NCBI GenBank assembly: GCA_030390025.1
Contig: CM059431.1
Coordinates: forward strand, 112,346,001-112,410,000
DNA: 64,000 nucleotides
DNA from: Squalus acanthias
Taxonomy: Eukaryota
Reading direction: 5' to 3'
Both the position numbers and the translations under genes were made by a program. This document shows, piece by piece, positions 23,364 through 36,851 of the stretch; position 1 is the stretch's first letter, and the number at the start of each line of letters is the position of its first letter. The notes beneath the pieces are model-generated. The model was not told the origin of the DNA, ran no database searches, and saw nothing but the letters and a program-made list of their open reading frames with translations.

Positions 23364-25127
23364 CCTCCTCCCATCTTTCCTCATCTAAATCTATCAGCAT
23401 AACCCTCTATTCCCTTCTCCCTCATATGCTTGTCTAGCCTCCCCTTAAATGCATCTATAATATTTGCTTCAACCACTCCCTGTGGTAGTGAGTTCCACAT
23501 TCTCACCACTCTTTGGGTAAAGAAGTTTCTTCTGAATTCCCTATTGGATTTCTTGCTGACTATCTTATATTGATGGCCTCCAGTTATGCTCTTCCCCACA
23601 AGTGGAAACATTCTCTCTGTATCCACTCTATCAAAATTTTTCATAATTTTAAAGTCCTCTATTAGGTCACCCCTCAACCTTTTTTCCAAGAGAAAAAAGA
23701 CCCAGCCTGTTCATCCTTCCTGATATGTATACCCTCGCATTTCTGGTATCATCCTTGTAAATCTTCTCTGCACCCTCTCCAGTGCCTCTATATCCTTTTT
23801 ATAATAGGACGACCACAACTGTACACAGTACTCTAAGTGTGGTCTAACCAAGGTTCGATACAGGTTTAACATAACCTCTCTGCTTTTCAACTCTATACCT
23901 TTAGAAATAAACCCAAGTGCTTGGTTTGCTTATTTTTATGGATGGCCTTACTAACCTGTGTCGCAACTTTTAGTGATTTGTGTATTTGTACTCCGAGATT
24001 CCTTTGTTCCTCTACCCCACCTAGACTTGCACCTTCCAAGTGATAAGTGACCTCCCTATTCTTCCTACCAAAATGTAATACCTCACATTTATCGGTGTTG
24101 AACTTTATTTGCCAATTATATGCCCATTCTGCAAGTTTATTAATGTCCTTCTGTAATTTATTGCAGTCCTCCTCACTATAGACTATCCCCCCCAATTTGG
24201 TGTCATCCGCAAATTTAGAAATTGTGTTTTTGATTCCAAAGTCTAAATCGTTAATGTAAATTGTGAACAGCAGTGGTCCCAGCACTGATCCTTGTGGAAC
24301 ACCACTACCCACCTTCTGCCACTGTGAATAGCTACCCTTTACTCCTACTCTCTGCTTTCTGTCCTGAAGCCAGCCAGCAATCCATTCTGCTACTTGTCCC
24401 CTGACTCTGCATTATCTGACTTTGTTCATCAGTCTATTATGGGGTACCTTATTGAAGGCCTTTTGAAAATCCAGATAAATTACATCTACTACATTACCAT
24501 TGTCTACTCTCTCTGTTACCTCTTCAAAAAATTCAATAAGGTTGATTAAGCAAGACTTTCCCTTTTGAAATCCATGCTGACTATTCATTACTATGTTTTT
24601 GGTTTCTAGATGTTCTTCTATTTTCTCCTTTAGTAGGGATTCCATTATTTTTCCTACCACCGATGTTAAGCTGACTGGTCTACAATTCCCTGAACATGTT
24701 CTATCCCCCTTCTTCAATATCGGTATTACGTTAGCTACCTGCCAGTCCTCTGGCACTATACCTTTTTCTAACGAATTATTAAATATGCATAGTAATGCCT
24801 CTGCTATCTCTTCCCTAGATTTTAAAAAAATGCGTGGATGCAATCTATCTGGACCAGTGGTTTTATCCTCTTTGAGTCTGATCAATTTATTTAATATATC
24901 CCCTTTTTTTATTTTAAATGCACTTATCTCATTACTAATCTCATCATCCAATGTCATGTCCACCTGTTCTATCTCCCTGGTAAATACTGAAGCAAAATAA
25001 TTATTTCATATTTCTGCCATCTCTCTATCGTTACCTGTGGTATTATCCTGACTATCCCTTAATGGCCCTATTTCCATCCCAACCTTCCTTTTTTTCTTGA
25101 TGTGCCTATAAAATATTTTACTCTTTT
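23364..25127 (-). mobile_element. 5'-truncated CR1 (RT region)
   Basis: ORFs 24412-24963, 23893-24312 (GVPQGSVLGP, FADD), 23381-23689. Confidence 0.92.
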
Positions 25128-25379
25128 GAGGACATAGACAGGCTGGTGGAATGGGCGGACACGTGGCAGATGAAATTTAATGCAGAAAAGTGCGAAGTGA
25201 AACATTTTGGTAGGAAGAACAAGGAGAGACAATATAAACTAAAGGGTACAATTCTAAAGGGGGTGCAGGAACAGGGAGACCTGGGGGCATATGTGCACAA
25301 ATCGTTGAAGGTGGCAGGGCAGGTTGAGAAAGCAGTTAAAAAGGCATACGGGATCCTGGGCTTCATAAATAGAGGCATA
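25128..25379 (+). mobile_element. CR1 RT fragment, continues at 28957
   Basis: WADTWQMKFNAEKCEV..GILGFINRGI. Confidence 0.88.
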
Positions 25380-28300
25380 GGGTTGAATTTTCTGGGGTGG
25401 TAGTGGGCGCGATCGGTGGTGGGTCGGGTGGGAAAGTTGCTTTTTTTGACCGGGTCAGGAACCCATAGAAACATAGAAATATAGAAGATAGGAGCAGGAG
25501 TAGGCCATTCGGCCCCTCGAGCCTGTTCCGCCATTTAATGAGATCATGGCTGATCATCCAAATTCAGTACCCTGTCCCTGCTTTCTCCCCATATCCCTTG
25601 ATCCCTTTAGCCTTAAGAAATATATCTAACTCCTTCTTGAATATATCTAACTCCTTCTTGAATATATTTAATGAATTGGCCTCAACTGCCTTGTGTGGTA
25701 GAGAATTCCACAGGTTCACCACTCTCTGGGTGAAGAAATTCCTCCTCATCTCAGTCCTAAATGGCTTAGCCCTTATCCTTAGACTGTGACCCTTGGTTCT
25801 GGACTCCCCCGCCATCGGGAACATCCTTCCTGCATCTAGTCTGTCTAGTCCTGTTAGAATTTTATAAGTTTCAATGAGATCCCCTCTCATTCTTCTAAAC
25901 TCTAGCAAATATAAGCCTAATCAACCCAATCTCTCCTCATACGTTATTCCTGCCATCCCAGGTATTAGTCTGGTGAATCTTCGCTGCACTCCCTCCATGG
26001 CAAGAACATCCTTCCTCAGATAAGGTGACCAAAACTGCACACAATACTCAAGGTGTGGTCTCACCAAGGCCCTGTACAACTGCAGCAAGACATCCTTGAT
26101 CCTGTACTCGAATCCTCTCGCTATGAAGGCCAACATAACATTTGCCTTCTTAACCACCTGCTGCACGTGCATGCTTACCTTCAGCGACTGGTGCACAAGG
26201 ACACCCAGGTCTCGTTGCACTTCCCCTTTTCCCAATCTATTGCCGTTCAGATAATAATCTGTCTTCCTGTTTTTGCCACCGAAGTGGATAACCTCGCATT
26301 TATCCACATTATACTGCATTTGCCATGCATCTGCCCAATCACCCAACCTGTCCAAATCATACTGGAGTTTCTCTGCATCCTCCTCACAGCACACACGCCC
26401 ACCCAGCTTTGTGTCGTCTGCAAACTTGGAGATATTACATCTAGTTCCCTCATCTAGATCATTAATATATATTGTGAATAGCTGGGGTCCTAGCACCGAT
26501 CCCTGCGGTACCCAACTAGTCACTGCCTGCCACTCGGAAAAAGACCCATTTATTCCAACTCTTTGCTTCCTGTCTGCCAACCAGTTCTCTATCCAAGACA
26601 GTACCTTACCCCCAATCCCATGTGCTTTAACTTTGCACGCTAATCTCTTATGCGGGACCTTATCGAAAGCCTTCTGAAAGTCCAAATACACCACATCCAC
26701 TGGTTCTCCCTTATCTATTTTACCAGTTGCATCCTCAAAAAGTAGATTAGTCAAGCATGATTTACCTTTTGTAAATCCATGTTGACTTTGTCCGATCCTG
26801 TCACTGTTTTCCAAGTGCTCTACTATTACATCTTTTATAATGGACTCGAGCATTTTCCCCACTACCGATGTCAGACTTACCGGTCTATAATTCCCCATTT
26901 TCTCTCTACCACCTTTTTTAAATAGTGGGGTTACATTAGCTATCCTCCAATCCATGGGAACTGTTCCAGAGTCTATAGAATTTTGGAAGATGACCAGCAA
27001 TGCATCTACTATTTCTAGGGCTACTTCCTTAAGTACCCTAGGATGTAGATTATCAGGCCCTGGGGATTTATCGGCCTTCAATCCCGTCAATTTCCCTAAC
27101 ACCATTTCCCTACAAATACTGATTTCATTCAATTCCTCCCTCTCATTAGACCCTATGTTCCCCGACATCTCTGGAGGTTACTTGTGTCCTCCTTTGTGAA
27201 GACAGAACCAAAGTATGTATTTAATTGGTCTGCCATTTCTTTGTTCCCCATTATAAATTCCCCTGATTCTGACTTCAAGGGACCTACGCTTGACTTCACC
27301 AATCTTTTTCTCTTCACATATCTATAGAAGATTTTACAGTCAGTTTTTATGTTCCCTGCAAGCTTACTCTCATAATTTATTTTCCCCCTCTTAATTAATC
27401 CCTTTGTCCTCCTTTGCTGAATCCTAAACTGCTCCCAATCCTCAGGTTTGCTGCTTTTTCTGGCCAAATTATATGTCCTCTCCTTAGATATTATGCTATC
27501 CCTAATTTCCCTTGTTAGCCACGGTTGAGTCACCTTTTTTGTTTTAATTTTATGCCAAACAGGGATGAACAAATTCTGTAGTTCATCCACGCGATCTTTA
27601 AATGTTTGCCATTGCCTATCCACCGTCAACCCTTTAAGTAACGTTCCCCAATCCATCCTAGCCAACTCGTGCCTCATACCATCATAGTTTCCACTGTCAA
27701 CTCGCTCCCACGCGCCTTTCCCACAGGCGCATCTGTCAGCGTGGAGCCGACCTGACCTGCAGCGGCGGGGGACCCAATTGAAATCATTAGGAGGTACACT
27801 ACAGGCACTTAAGAGCCTTTTTCCCCATACTTTTTAAATTTCCCTGCATGGACACGGGATTCACACAGCTCGGGAACCACGTCTGTTAACCTGAGGTGTG
27901 AGTTCCGTGGCCATTGCTCCAGCTGATTACGTGACAGCATGGAAAACAAACCAAAATAAAAACATGTTGATTACATCAGCTAACAGATTGATGGAGATTC
28001 TGTACTGCTTGAAAAGCGACTGGTAAATGTTAATTTTTCATTGGCCATTCTCGGCTGTTGCTTTCCAACTGAACAGTGAATTGATCTGCACTATAAAAAA
28101 TGACATTTACCAATTAAATACATTTATGTGTTGTTTCTGGTCAGGATTTTCCTCACAGTATACTGTGATTGTCCAGTTACACATTAAATCAAGTCATCGA
28201 CTGTAACAATTTCATTCTCATCACTCATTCCACTGGTTCAATTTGTTTTCAGTCCCTGAATATAACTAATTTAATTTTTCAGTCTGAGACTTTAGGGTGA

Positions 28301-28956
28301 ATTTCTACGGAGGTTCTCTCACTTGTCCATTGTTAACTTCAGCTGAAGAGCTGCAGAAATCCCAGAAACACATTTTAAGCACCACTTACACTGTTTGTCA
28401 GGGTTTCCGCAGCTCTTCCACTGAACTTGCATAAGATTATAAATCCATCCCTTTACAATTACATTTAAAATCTGCTTAATTTTATGTATTACCTATACAT
28501 ACACATCTTTTATTTGTACCAGTTACTGCTACAAAAGTCTATAGATGTGACTAAAGCACCAATAACTTCCCAATTAATGTACTTTTTAAATTATGTTCTT
28601 GATCATATTTGTAGATGGAGTCATATTATTTAATAATTTTATTTAAATATTTCTTTGTCACTCTTTGTAACTTTTATTATATTATTGTACAGTAGAGATT
28701 CAACACCCACTATGTTAGATTAAACTTAAAATTTAATGTGGCTAGGGTCCCTTTAAGCATCCCGGCTTAAAACGCATCATGAATAACGTCACCAGGCCCG
28801 CTCTATCTAATTGGGCCGGGTAACGCGCTGGACAGGCTTAATAGGCCCCATTAAGGCAAGTTCATTTTGTACAGCGGGATGGAGCCAGCAGCGGGGTTGG
28901 GACCCGCCATGGACACCGGCCACGCTAGACCCACCCAGGTAAGGAAAATTCCAGCC
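25380..28956 (+). mobile_element. ~1.3-kb non-autonomous TIR element (copy 1), split by a CR1 at 25466-27690
   Basis: Ends GGGTTGAATTTTC / GGAAAATTCCAGCC; interrupts CR1 ORF2 (..GGCATA | TTAGAGTACAAAAG..), flanks ATA/TTA; second copy at 55366-57281. Confidence 0.85.
25466..27690 (-). mobile_element. 5'-truncated CR1 inserted in the TIR element
   Basis: 415-aa RT ORF 25921-27168 with FADD; (TTTCTATG)n tail at ~25466. Confidence 0.93.
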
Positions 28957-29565
28957 TTAGAGTACAAAAGCAAGCAAATTATGATGAACCTTTATAAAAC
29001 ACTGGTTCGACCTCAACTGGAGTATTATGTACAATTCTGGGCATCACACTTTAGGAAGGATATGAAGGCCTTAGAGAGGGTGCAAAAAAGATTTACAAGA
29101 ATTGTTCCAGGGATGAGGGACTTCAGTTATGTGGATAGACTGGAGAAGCTGGGATTGTTCTCCTTAGAGCTAAGAAGGTTGCGAGGAGATTTGATGGAGG
29201 TGTTCAAAATCATGAGGGTTCTAGACAGAGTAGATAGAGAGAAACTGTTCCCATTGGCGGAAGGGTCGAGAACCAGAGGACACAGATTTAAGGTGATTGG
29301 CAGAAGAACCAAAGACGACATGAGGAAAAACTTTTTCACGCAACGAGTGGTTAGGATCTGGAATGCACTGCCTGAAAGGGAGGTGGAGGCAGTTTCAATT
29401 GTGTCTTTCAAAAGGGAATTAGATAAGTACCTAAATAAAAAAAAATTTGCAGGGCTACGGGGAGAGGGCAGGGGAGTGGGACTAGCTGAAGTGCTCTTGC
29501 AGAGAGCCAGCACAGGCTTGACGGGCCAAATGGCCTCTTCTGTACTGTAACCATTCTATGATTCT
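28957..29565 (+). mobile_element. CR1 3' end
   Basis: EYKSK..LYKTLVRPQLEY..WNALP; ATTCTATGATTCTA tail. Confidence 0.92.
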
Positions 29566-30312
29566 ATTTAGTTTCTGACTCTTATTAGGCAGAATAAAGT
29601 CAGTGTTCTGAAAAGTGAAGATTGAGTAATCAAGGAGAAAATCAATTAATTGAAACAAATTAATCATTTGTTTTAATGGATCTGCGAATTAAGGTAGGCG
29701 TGTGGAGGTTTCTGCTGTTTGGCATTCTGGGCCACCTTTCCTAGAGGTCTGCAAGGTCATTTGAAATGACTCCGACATCGTATCCGTATGCGCAATGTTG
29801 TGGTGGAAGCATTTACACTGGCATCCATTTCTCCTATTTCCCCTTGAGCTTCTTTTCTTGGGGCCTGCGGTGCTCAGGGCTGAAGGGTCCTACACCTTTG
29901 CCCCATGCCGGATCAGCGCCTGCATTATGAGCACCACCATATTGGTGTAGGCGGCTTTGCAGGCCTTAGGTGGTCACCTAAAACAGGCCTTAAGCCCCCT
30001 GTACATGTTAATTATGGTGAAAATCAGAAATTGGTTCACATCAACACTAAACTTGCAGTTTAAATGTAACAAAAATGTGAGATAAATATAGGAATTCAAT
30101 TTTTGATAGTGTTCAAAGTACTGTTATTATTTTCTCTGCTTCCAGTTCATTGTCACATGACACCATTTTAATGCATTATTTGACTGCTTTATTTTCAATA
30201 CTGCAATAATTTTTATGTAATTAACTCTGCAACATTTAAAATGAAATGAAATACTATATTAATAACTTGAATTCAAGAAAACATGTTTCGAATTTTTTTT
30301 TTTCAAGCATCG

Positions 30313-30413
30313 ATTAAAATACAGTTCATTACAAATGCTGCTGAACCTGCTGAGTATTTCCAGCATTTTCTGTTTTTATTTCAGATTTCCAGCATCCGCA
30401 GTATTTTGCTTTT
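30313..30413 (+). mobile_element. Penelope pseudo-LTR 3' fragment
   Basis: CCTGCTGAGTATTTCCAGCATTTTCTG..TTTCAGATTTCCAGCATCCGCAGTATTTTGC matches 61955-62020. Confidence 0.75.
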
Positions 30414-31174
30414 GTCATTAAAAGTACTGTCAATTGTATTTATTTGCATGTTTACACCAAACAAACTTGTTATGCCTGTGTGCCTTATTGGCAATGTGAG
30501 TTTGGAGCACTTGTGCTATTGGTAGTCTGGGCTTGGAGGAGTTACAACCGCTATAAGGGGGAGAGTCGGAGATTGGAGGGAGAGATGGAGGAGATCGGAG
30601 GGAGAGATGGAGGGGGGGGATCGGAGGGAGAGATGGGGGGGGGATCGGAGGGAGAGTCGGAGATCCCCTCTGTGAAGGATAGGCTTCCAAATTCATTTTC
30701 TATTCAAATTTTACATTCAGTGACAGTTTATTAGAGAAATGCATGAAGATGGATATTCTGCATTTAGATTCAATAGACTAAAATTAAGCTATCAGGAACA
30801 AATTTAAGTGATGGATCATTACTGATTACCAATGAAAATTAAAAAATATTAGGCCTATTCATACCTAGTTCTCTATTGATTATTAGTATTGACAAAAATC
30901 CTTACTTGGGAAAAGCATACATATGAGAATAAATGTGAGCGCTTGTGTAAGTAAGAACATGTTCTATTCATATAAAATCATTCTTACAAAGAATGCTGAT
31001 GTTCCATGTTTCATAAGAGCCATCTGATATAAAAGTTGTTACTCAAACTTGAATGATAATAAGAGTCACCATTGTAACTAATAAAAAACTGCTGGGCATG
31101 TGGTAGGTGATCAAAACTATGGTACTGGTTAAATGCCTTGTGCATTAATCCAAGCTGCAAATATTGTGCCAAAC

Positions 31175-31936
31175 ACTACCGCCACGATCTCCTGCGCCGG
31201 CAGATCGTGACGTCAGTCGAGTGCGCAATGCCCCGGTAGCACCCCAGAGCAGATATTGAGTGGCGCCCCCTGCCTTACCGCCTGCCGCTAGCAACGACAG
31301 GTTGAGGGGAGCGTTTTGCAGTCAGGAAGGGACTGGGGGAGCGCTATTTAAAGGCGACCGCTTCCTGCCTTTTATTGTTGGTGACATTTTTGAACCACGC
31401 ATTCTGAGAGAGAGAGAGAGAGAGAGAGACTTCTGGAGAGATTCAACGCTGTGTGAAGGAGTTTTGGGTACTGAGCAGCACTTTGCAGGTTCATTTTGAT
31501 TTGCCCTTCCTTGTATCGATTTAGAAGAGAGACTGTGGGGGCTGCACTCTGAGCTCTTTCCCTGGTTCTCTCCATTGTTCTTTCCAGCAGATTTGATGTA
31601 CAGGTCTCTCCAGGCCGAGATTCAAGGCTGCAATGAGCAGGCTGTGGATGGAAAGCAAGATCAACCCTCCCCTTTAAGAACTGGCCCGTGCCATTGTGTC
31701 TGTGTTCCATTGCTGACTGACATCACATGAGCTTCGCCAGCGCTCTGAGGTAGCGCCTCGCTCCTCGGCCTTTGCACCTTAAGACAGGTGTGAAGCGCCT
31801 GATTTAGCGCTCCACTCACCTCCAGGGGCGATAAAAGTCAAGTTTGCAGTCTGAGGCGATAATTAGCGCCAGGCGCTAATCTTTGCACCCGGCCGATAAT
31901 TGCGCCCCAAATGGGGCGATACTGAATTTCTCCCCC
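31175..31936 (-). mobile_element. Internal-deletion derivative of the Harbinger family, one end lost
   Basis: 31175-31470 matches reverse complement of ~54520-54820 including (GA)n; 31555-31936 matches reverse complement of 50564-50940 including MERTRERA start; ends AATTTCTCCCCC + TAA. Confidence 0.88.
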
Positions 31937-32170
31937 TAAGTAATTTGGAAGTTAGGATTGAAATACTTTTTATAAAATCCCCCTCTTTAACGCAATTGTG
32001 ATTAGGGCGTTAGCCAAGCAAAGTATTATACTAACTTTCTGTTTTTCTTTACAATCAATAGCTTTATCTATCAATTTAATAATTTTGAAATTTCACCAGA
32101 AAAAGATAAAGCAGTTCTATTCCCAGTGGATGGCACTTACTTTTTTGTAATAAGCGATAAAAGATTTTGA

Positions 32171-32907
32171 ATTCAGAATTTCCTGGAACCTTTCGACAGA
32201 ACTACAGCGCAAGAACAGCATAATGCGTTTTTTTAGGAGGAACTTCACGCCTGACTGATTTGGGCCAGTTTCTGCTGAAACGCACAAATTTTCTCTATCA
32301 TTTACGCCGCTTCTGTGATACGTCCGCCGAAATTGTCTGCCACTCAGTTACATGGCTCCGCCCCTATGCAAAAGACCAGCTCATGCGATTTTCCTGCATT
32401 TGTGCCAGTAATCCGTTGGCATAGATTCATGGCCAATCATTTAGCCGCAGCCTGACCAGAGGTCACCAGATAGCGGCACGACTGAGATTTCTGGAGTTTG
32501 ATAGGGATTTTCTTATGCGTTTTTTTAAATATTTTTCTCACTGAGACCTGCACTATACTTAACCAAAGTGCTGTCAGTCTCAGCGCACCTGAAATTTTTT
32601 GGACCCACCCCTCCCCCATACTATCAGAAGGACTAATCAGCTAGAATGGCCTTCCCAATGGGAATACTCCTTTTCTGCATAATAATGGAAGAGGAAAAGG
32701 AGAACCAGGGGCAAGAGGCTCCAAGAGCGATACACCAGGATAGAAGACAGCAGCCCACTCGTATTTGCACTTGTTTTATGCTGGTTTTTCCCTTCCAGCA
32801 TAGGCAAATGAGCTCCGCAGGAAATTTGGGTGTAAGTTCCTGTCAGCAAGTACTGTTGTAAATTTCAACGTAATTTCTGGGTAAATGCAATCCAGGAAAT
32901 TCCAGGT
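32171..32907. mobile_element. Old TIR element (Harbinger-like)
   Basis: Inverted GAATTTCCTGGA (32176) / TCCAGGAAATTC (32891-32902). Confidence 0.55.
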
Positions 32908-33097
32908 CAAAACACTGAGCATTTAACTTCAGGCAGGAGAGTCATAACCTGACTCTCTGGCATCGATATTATTTTGGATTGTCCATCCCTAGTTGCCCTG
33001 ACAGCTGAACTGTTGCTGGGCCACTTCAGAAAGCATGAAGTGTTAGCCATATAGTGTGGGACTGGAGTCATGTGTAGGCCAGACCAGGCGGGTGTAT

Positions 33098-34288
33098 TGT
33101 AAGAATCTCGTCGTGAGATCTTTGATTCCAAATGATTCAACATTGACCCAAATTGGTGGCCGTGGTTAAAGATTTATTCAGCACAAGCAAGGATCAATGC
33201 AATACAGTAAACTCTTTGTTATCCGGCACCTATGGGACCAGGATGGTGCCGGTTGATGAAAAATTCTGGATAACAGAGAGGTATACCTACCAAGGCAATT
33301 TTTAATCACAAACAAAAATAAAAACTACCGACTAACTCGGCCACCGCGGGAGGCTCGGACTCGGCAAAACGAGTGCTGGATGGATTCGGCAAGATTGCCG
33401 GTTATCTATTTTGCCGGTTATTAAAGTATTCCGGATGATTAAGTGCCGTTTAAACAAGAGTTTACTGTAACTGTATCTTAAGCAGCAGTTTACAAGGTAT
33501 AATTAAGAGTTATACTACCCGTTTATGCCTTGGGTAAAAGTCACGGTAAGTGTTATTTGCACCCTCTCTAGCCGTGCCTCCTGGCCCGTTTCACCTCTGA
33601 GTGTTCCCTAGGATTACTTGAATCCTCCTCTGTTAACTTCTACACTTAACCCCCCATCAGGATTTCCTTCTTATACCATTTCTTTCAATTCGAATCCATG
33701 GAGCTTCCCTCGGATCTATCACTCAACTTCCCTTTTCTCCCCTGATAGGTCTCTCTTCTCCCCTGATCTCACGCCGTCCCTCCCCTCTGTGACTTTCCAC
33801 TGAAAAACACCTAATTCAAGAGATGTTATTGTGGCACATGGGCCCCTTCTTATCTGTCTAGTAGAAACTCCCTCATCAGTCTGGTTCCTAAGGTTGCATA
33901 GATTCCAGCCCCAGCTGTGCCTTGCTTTTCTCAAGTTATTAAACTCCAGTCTTTCAAGATCTGTGACTTCATGCCTTTTTACCGTGTTTTGTTCAGCTAA
34001 AGTCTACTCTGATAAAATATCAAGCGGATCAGTGTTTTTCCCATCAGTCTTTTCATTAAGCCGGTTATTTTGCCTTGTAAACTAATTCTAATTATGTGTG
34101 TGTATAAGTGTTAATAGACAAATTAGTAACTGCATACATATATAACAACAACTTGTATTTATACAGCGCCTTTAACGTAGTAAAACGTCCCAAGGCGCTT
34201 CACAGGAGTGTAATAAGACAAAAAAAAGTGTATAAAGAAAATAAGTGTTAATAGACAAATTAATAAGTAAATTGACTATAATCTTACA
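33098..34288 (-). mobile_element. Solo LTR, family B, with nested MITE and L2 tail
   Basis: TGTAAGA..TCTTACA; 4-bp TSD GTAT; interrupts a SINE; minus-strand AATAAA near 33175. Confidence 0.85.
33205..33467. mobile_element. Tc1/mariner (Tigger/pogo-like) MITE nested in a solo LTR
   Basis: 12-bp perfect TIR CAGTAAACTCTT; TA on both sides. Confidence 0.88.
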
Positions 34289-34564
34289 GTATTAGTGACC
34301 CAGTTGAGTTGTGACATAGTGCTTTTTCTGATGCCTGTCTACAAATGACCAGAGTAATTGAATTTAATTCACAAATTTGCCACAATGAGATTTGAACTTC
34401 AGCTCTCTGGGCTGTGAGCCCAACACCGTAACATCCGTAACATCTACACTACCATAACCAAGAGCTTGGGCCATTTATGTTGCACCTTATTTCTTATAAA
34501 AATTAGACCATTTTTTTTTTGGACACAAAGTTTGTTACTTATCAGAGATCTGTTCCCACTCATT

Positions 34565-35824
34565 GGCCGGAATTTTGCCAGCGCTCAGAGTGCGGGTTTG
34601 GAGGCGGGTCCACTGTCAAAATCACAAAGATTGACAGCAGGTCGGTATCCCGCTCTAAACCCGCCTCCTTGTCAGTTTCCCAAGTGTCGGGTCTGCCATC
34701 CCTGAACAGACCCGACACCAAGCGGTGGGTCAGCCAATTTAGATACTTAAGCTTGTTAAAAGGTAGTTAAGCACCATTTTCCCATGTACTTACCATTTTA
34801 TCAGGTTTTTAACGAGGTTCCCAGAGAGCGGGTATCACGTCAGGTAAGTAGGTTGGGTGTTGTGTCAGAATGGAATGATTTACTAACCTGACAGCTGCAA
34901 ATTTTCTATGAAAGCTCCCATTTCATAGGTCTTCACTTTCCAAGATTAGAAGCTGTTGCTTACTGCATTTGGAAGACAGATTGAGCTTTATGCAGGTTGC
35001 AAGTGTTTGGAGCAAACTCCCTATCCAGTGTCACCTCATTGGAACAACCTATCTCACCATTGACAGATTGCTTCTGTCATCTCAACCTCACCTGCCATCT
35101 ATTCCATCAGCATCGGTGCACGTGATGAAATCTCACCTTGGTCCTCAGAATCCCAACACAATCAGCCCCAACACCAGCAGCACCAGGCGCACCAGCAGCA
35201 CCAACATCCACACCAACCTTCTCCGCAATCAACTGATGCTGCACAGGACACAGGGCATCATCACCCGTGCACATTGCTGCCCGGGACGCCAGCGATGGCC
35301 TCACCATGTCCAGATTTACTTCACTTAACACTGTACACCCTGGCTGCTACATGATGCACCAGGTTGGCACCACCCCACACCAGCACCATAAAGCATCCCT
35401 ACAATGTCCAAGCCATTCCTTTCACACTCATCACCATTGGGGAAGGGGGGTAGGAGTGATTAAATGACTAAAGCGATGATGGTGCGAGTCAAAAGGGGGT
35501 GGTAATTGTACAAGTAAAGAAACAAAAGATGGGTCCAGAGGGGGTTTAAATGGCAATGGCAGAACCATTACAGCATCTGCAGTCCGAGAAAATGGGAGCG
35601 ATGGTTATGAGTTGTTGAACTCAATGTTGAGGCCGGAAGGCTGTAAAGTGCCTAATCAAAAGATGAGGTGCTGTTCCTCGAGCTTTCGTTGAGCTTCGTT
35701 GGAACAGTGTAGGAGGTCAAGGGCGGAAAGGTCAGAGTGGGAGTGGGACAGAGAATTAAAATGAATGCTTGGAAAATCATGGGGAGAGCGCGTGTGACTT
35801 TCCGAAAGAGAAAAATTTCGGCCC
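34565..35824. mobile_element. Harbinger-like non-autonomous element carrying a Penelope fragment (~35460-35765)
   Basis: Ends GGCCGGAATTTT / AAAATTTCGGCCC; 35610-35760 matches the Penelope remnant at 15990-16150. Confidence 0.55.
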
Positions 35825-36024
35825 CTACCTCTGCGAAGAGAAATGTCTGTTCAGATCTCTCTACGGCAAAGTCTGGAACAATATTCTAAGCCTCACCCAA
35901 AAGTAATGAAAGCTTCCAACCAACACAAGCAGGAGGAAAACACACCAAAGAGCATAAATGTATACCAGTTAATATTGCTGTACTTCAACCTAGATCAATG
36001 CATGAATAAAGCCTCCCTCTTAGC

Positions 36025-36295
36025 GGGATGGTGGTTTAGAAGCCTATTGTTCTTTATGTAGGACAATAGTTTGAATTCAGTCCAGAGTGAGTCGATAAAA
36101 GTGTTTTTTTCCCTCTGCTGGCTGTAACAAGATGGGGCCTGGGCAGCCCCAACCAGTTCTCAGTGGACAGAATACTGTCCTCAATTTGGTACAAGCTGGC
36201 CCTGGTGAATGACCAGAAATGGGAATCCTGGCTGATTTTTCCCCTTCCTAATCCTGATACACTGAACTCAATCATAGCTCTCCTACTGCTTAGCT
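36025..36295 (+). mobile_element. Ancient SINE, LF-SINE-like 5' region (tentative)
   Basis: CTCTGCTGGCTGTAA..GGGCAGCCCCAACCAGTTCTCAGTGGACAG resembles my recollection of LF-SINE; not verified. Confidence 0.35.
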
Positions 36296-36670
36296 TAAGT
36301 TTAAAGTTTATGGTTTTCCATACAGACTGCATTTGACACATTAGACCCCCTGTGACCCCACCTCATTGTCTTAGTTGTATCTTGCTATGTCTTTGATATA
36401 ATGCCTTCCTGACTGACCTGATTGTTTCTCTGCCGAGGTGTGATAAAAGGCAGTCAGAAAGATTAACTGTAGTCGTCTGACATTGTACGCTACACAGGCA
36501 TTGTTCTCTGTCTATATATGCTTTGCCGATTCGTATTCCTTCACTTCACCTGACGAAGGAGCAGCAGCTCCGAAAGCTTGTGATTTCAAATAAAACTGTT
36601 GGACTATAACCTGGTGTTGTGCGACTTCTCACTTTTGTCCACCCCAGTCCAACACCGGCATCTCCGCATC
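36296..36670 (+). mobile_element. Solo Penelope pseudo-LTR (second family)
   Basis: Flanked by 11-bp duplication ACTGCTTAGCT; hammerhead motif followed by AATAAA. Confidence 0.8.
36546..36583 (+). ncRNA. Minimal hammerhead ribozyme motif
   Basis: TCAC CTGACGA A GGAGC AGCA GCTCC GAAA GCTT GTGA; stems I and II pair perfectly. Confidence 0.82.
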
Positions 36671-36851
36671 ACTGCTTAGCTGGCTGAGATCAGCTAAGCC
36701 AGCATGGATGAGATGGTGATCTATGATGTTGTGGACCACAACACATGTGCTGGTTCATCTTAATATGAGTGTCTTTTGCTTGTGGTATTGAAATGAATTT
36801 ATCTATTTTTTGCCAATATCAGGTAGCTTCACATGATTACTAAATCTATGT

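Noticed and set aside
28867..29550. 227-aa ORF as a novel fusion gene
   Set aside because: Chance read-through from the TIR element end into a CR1 ORF2 remnant; starts at TTG
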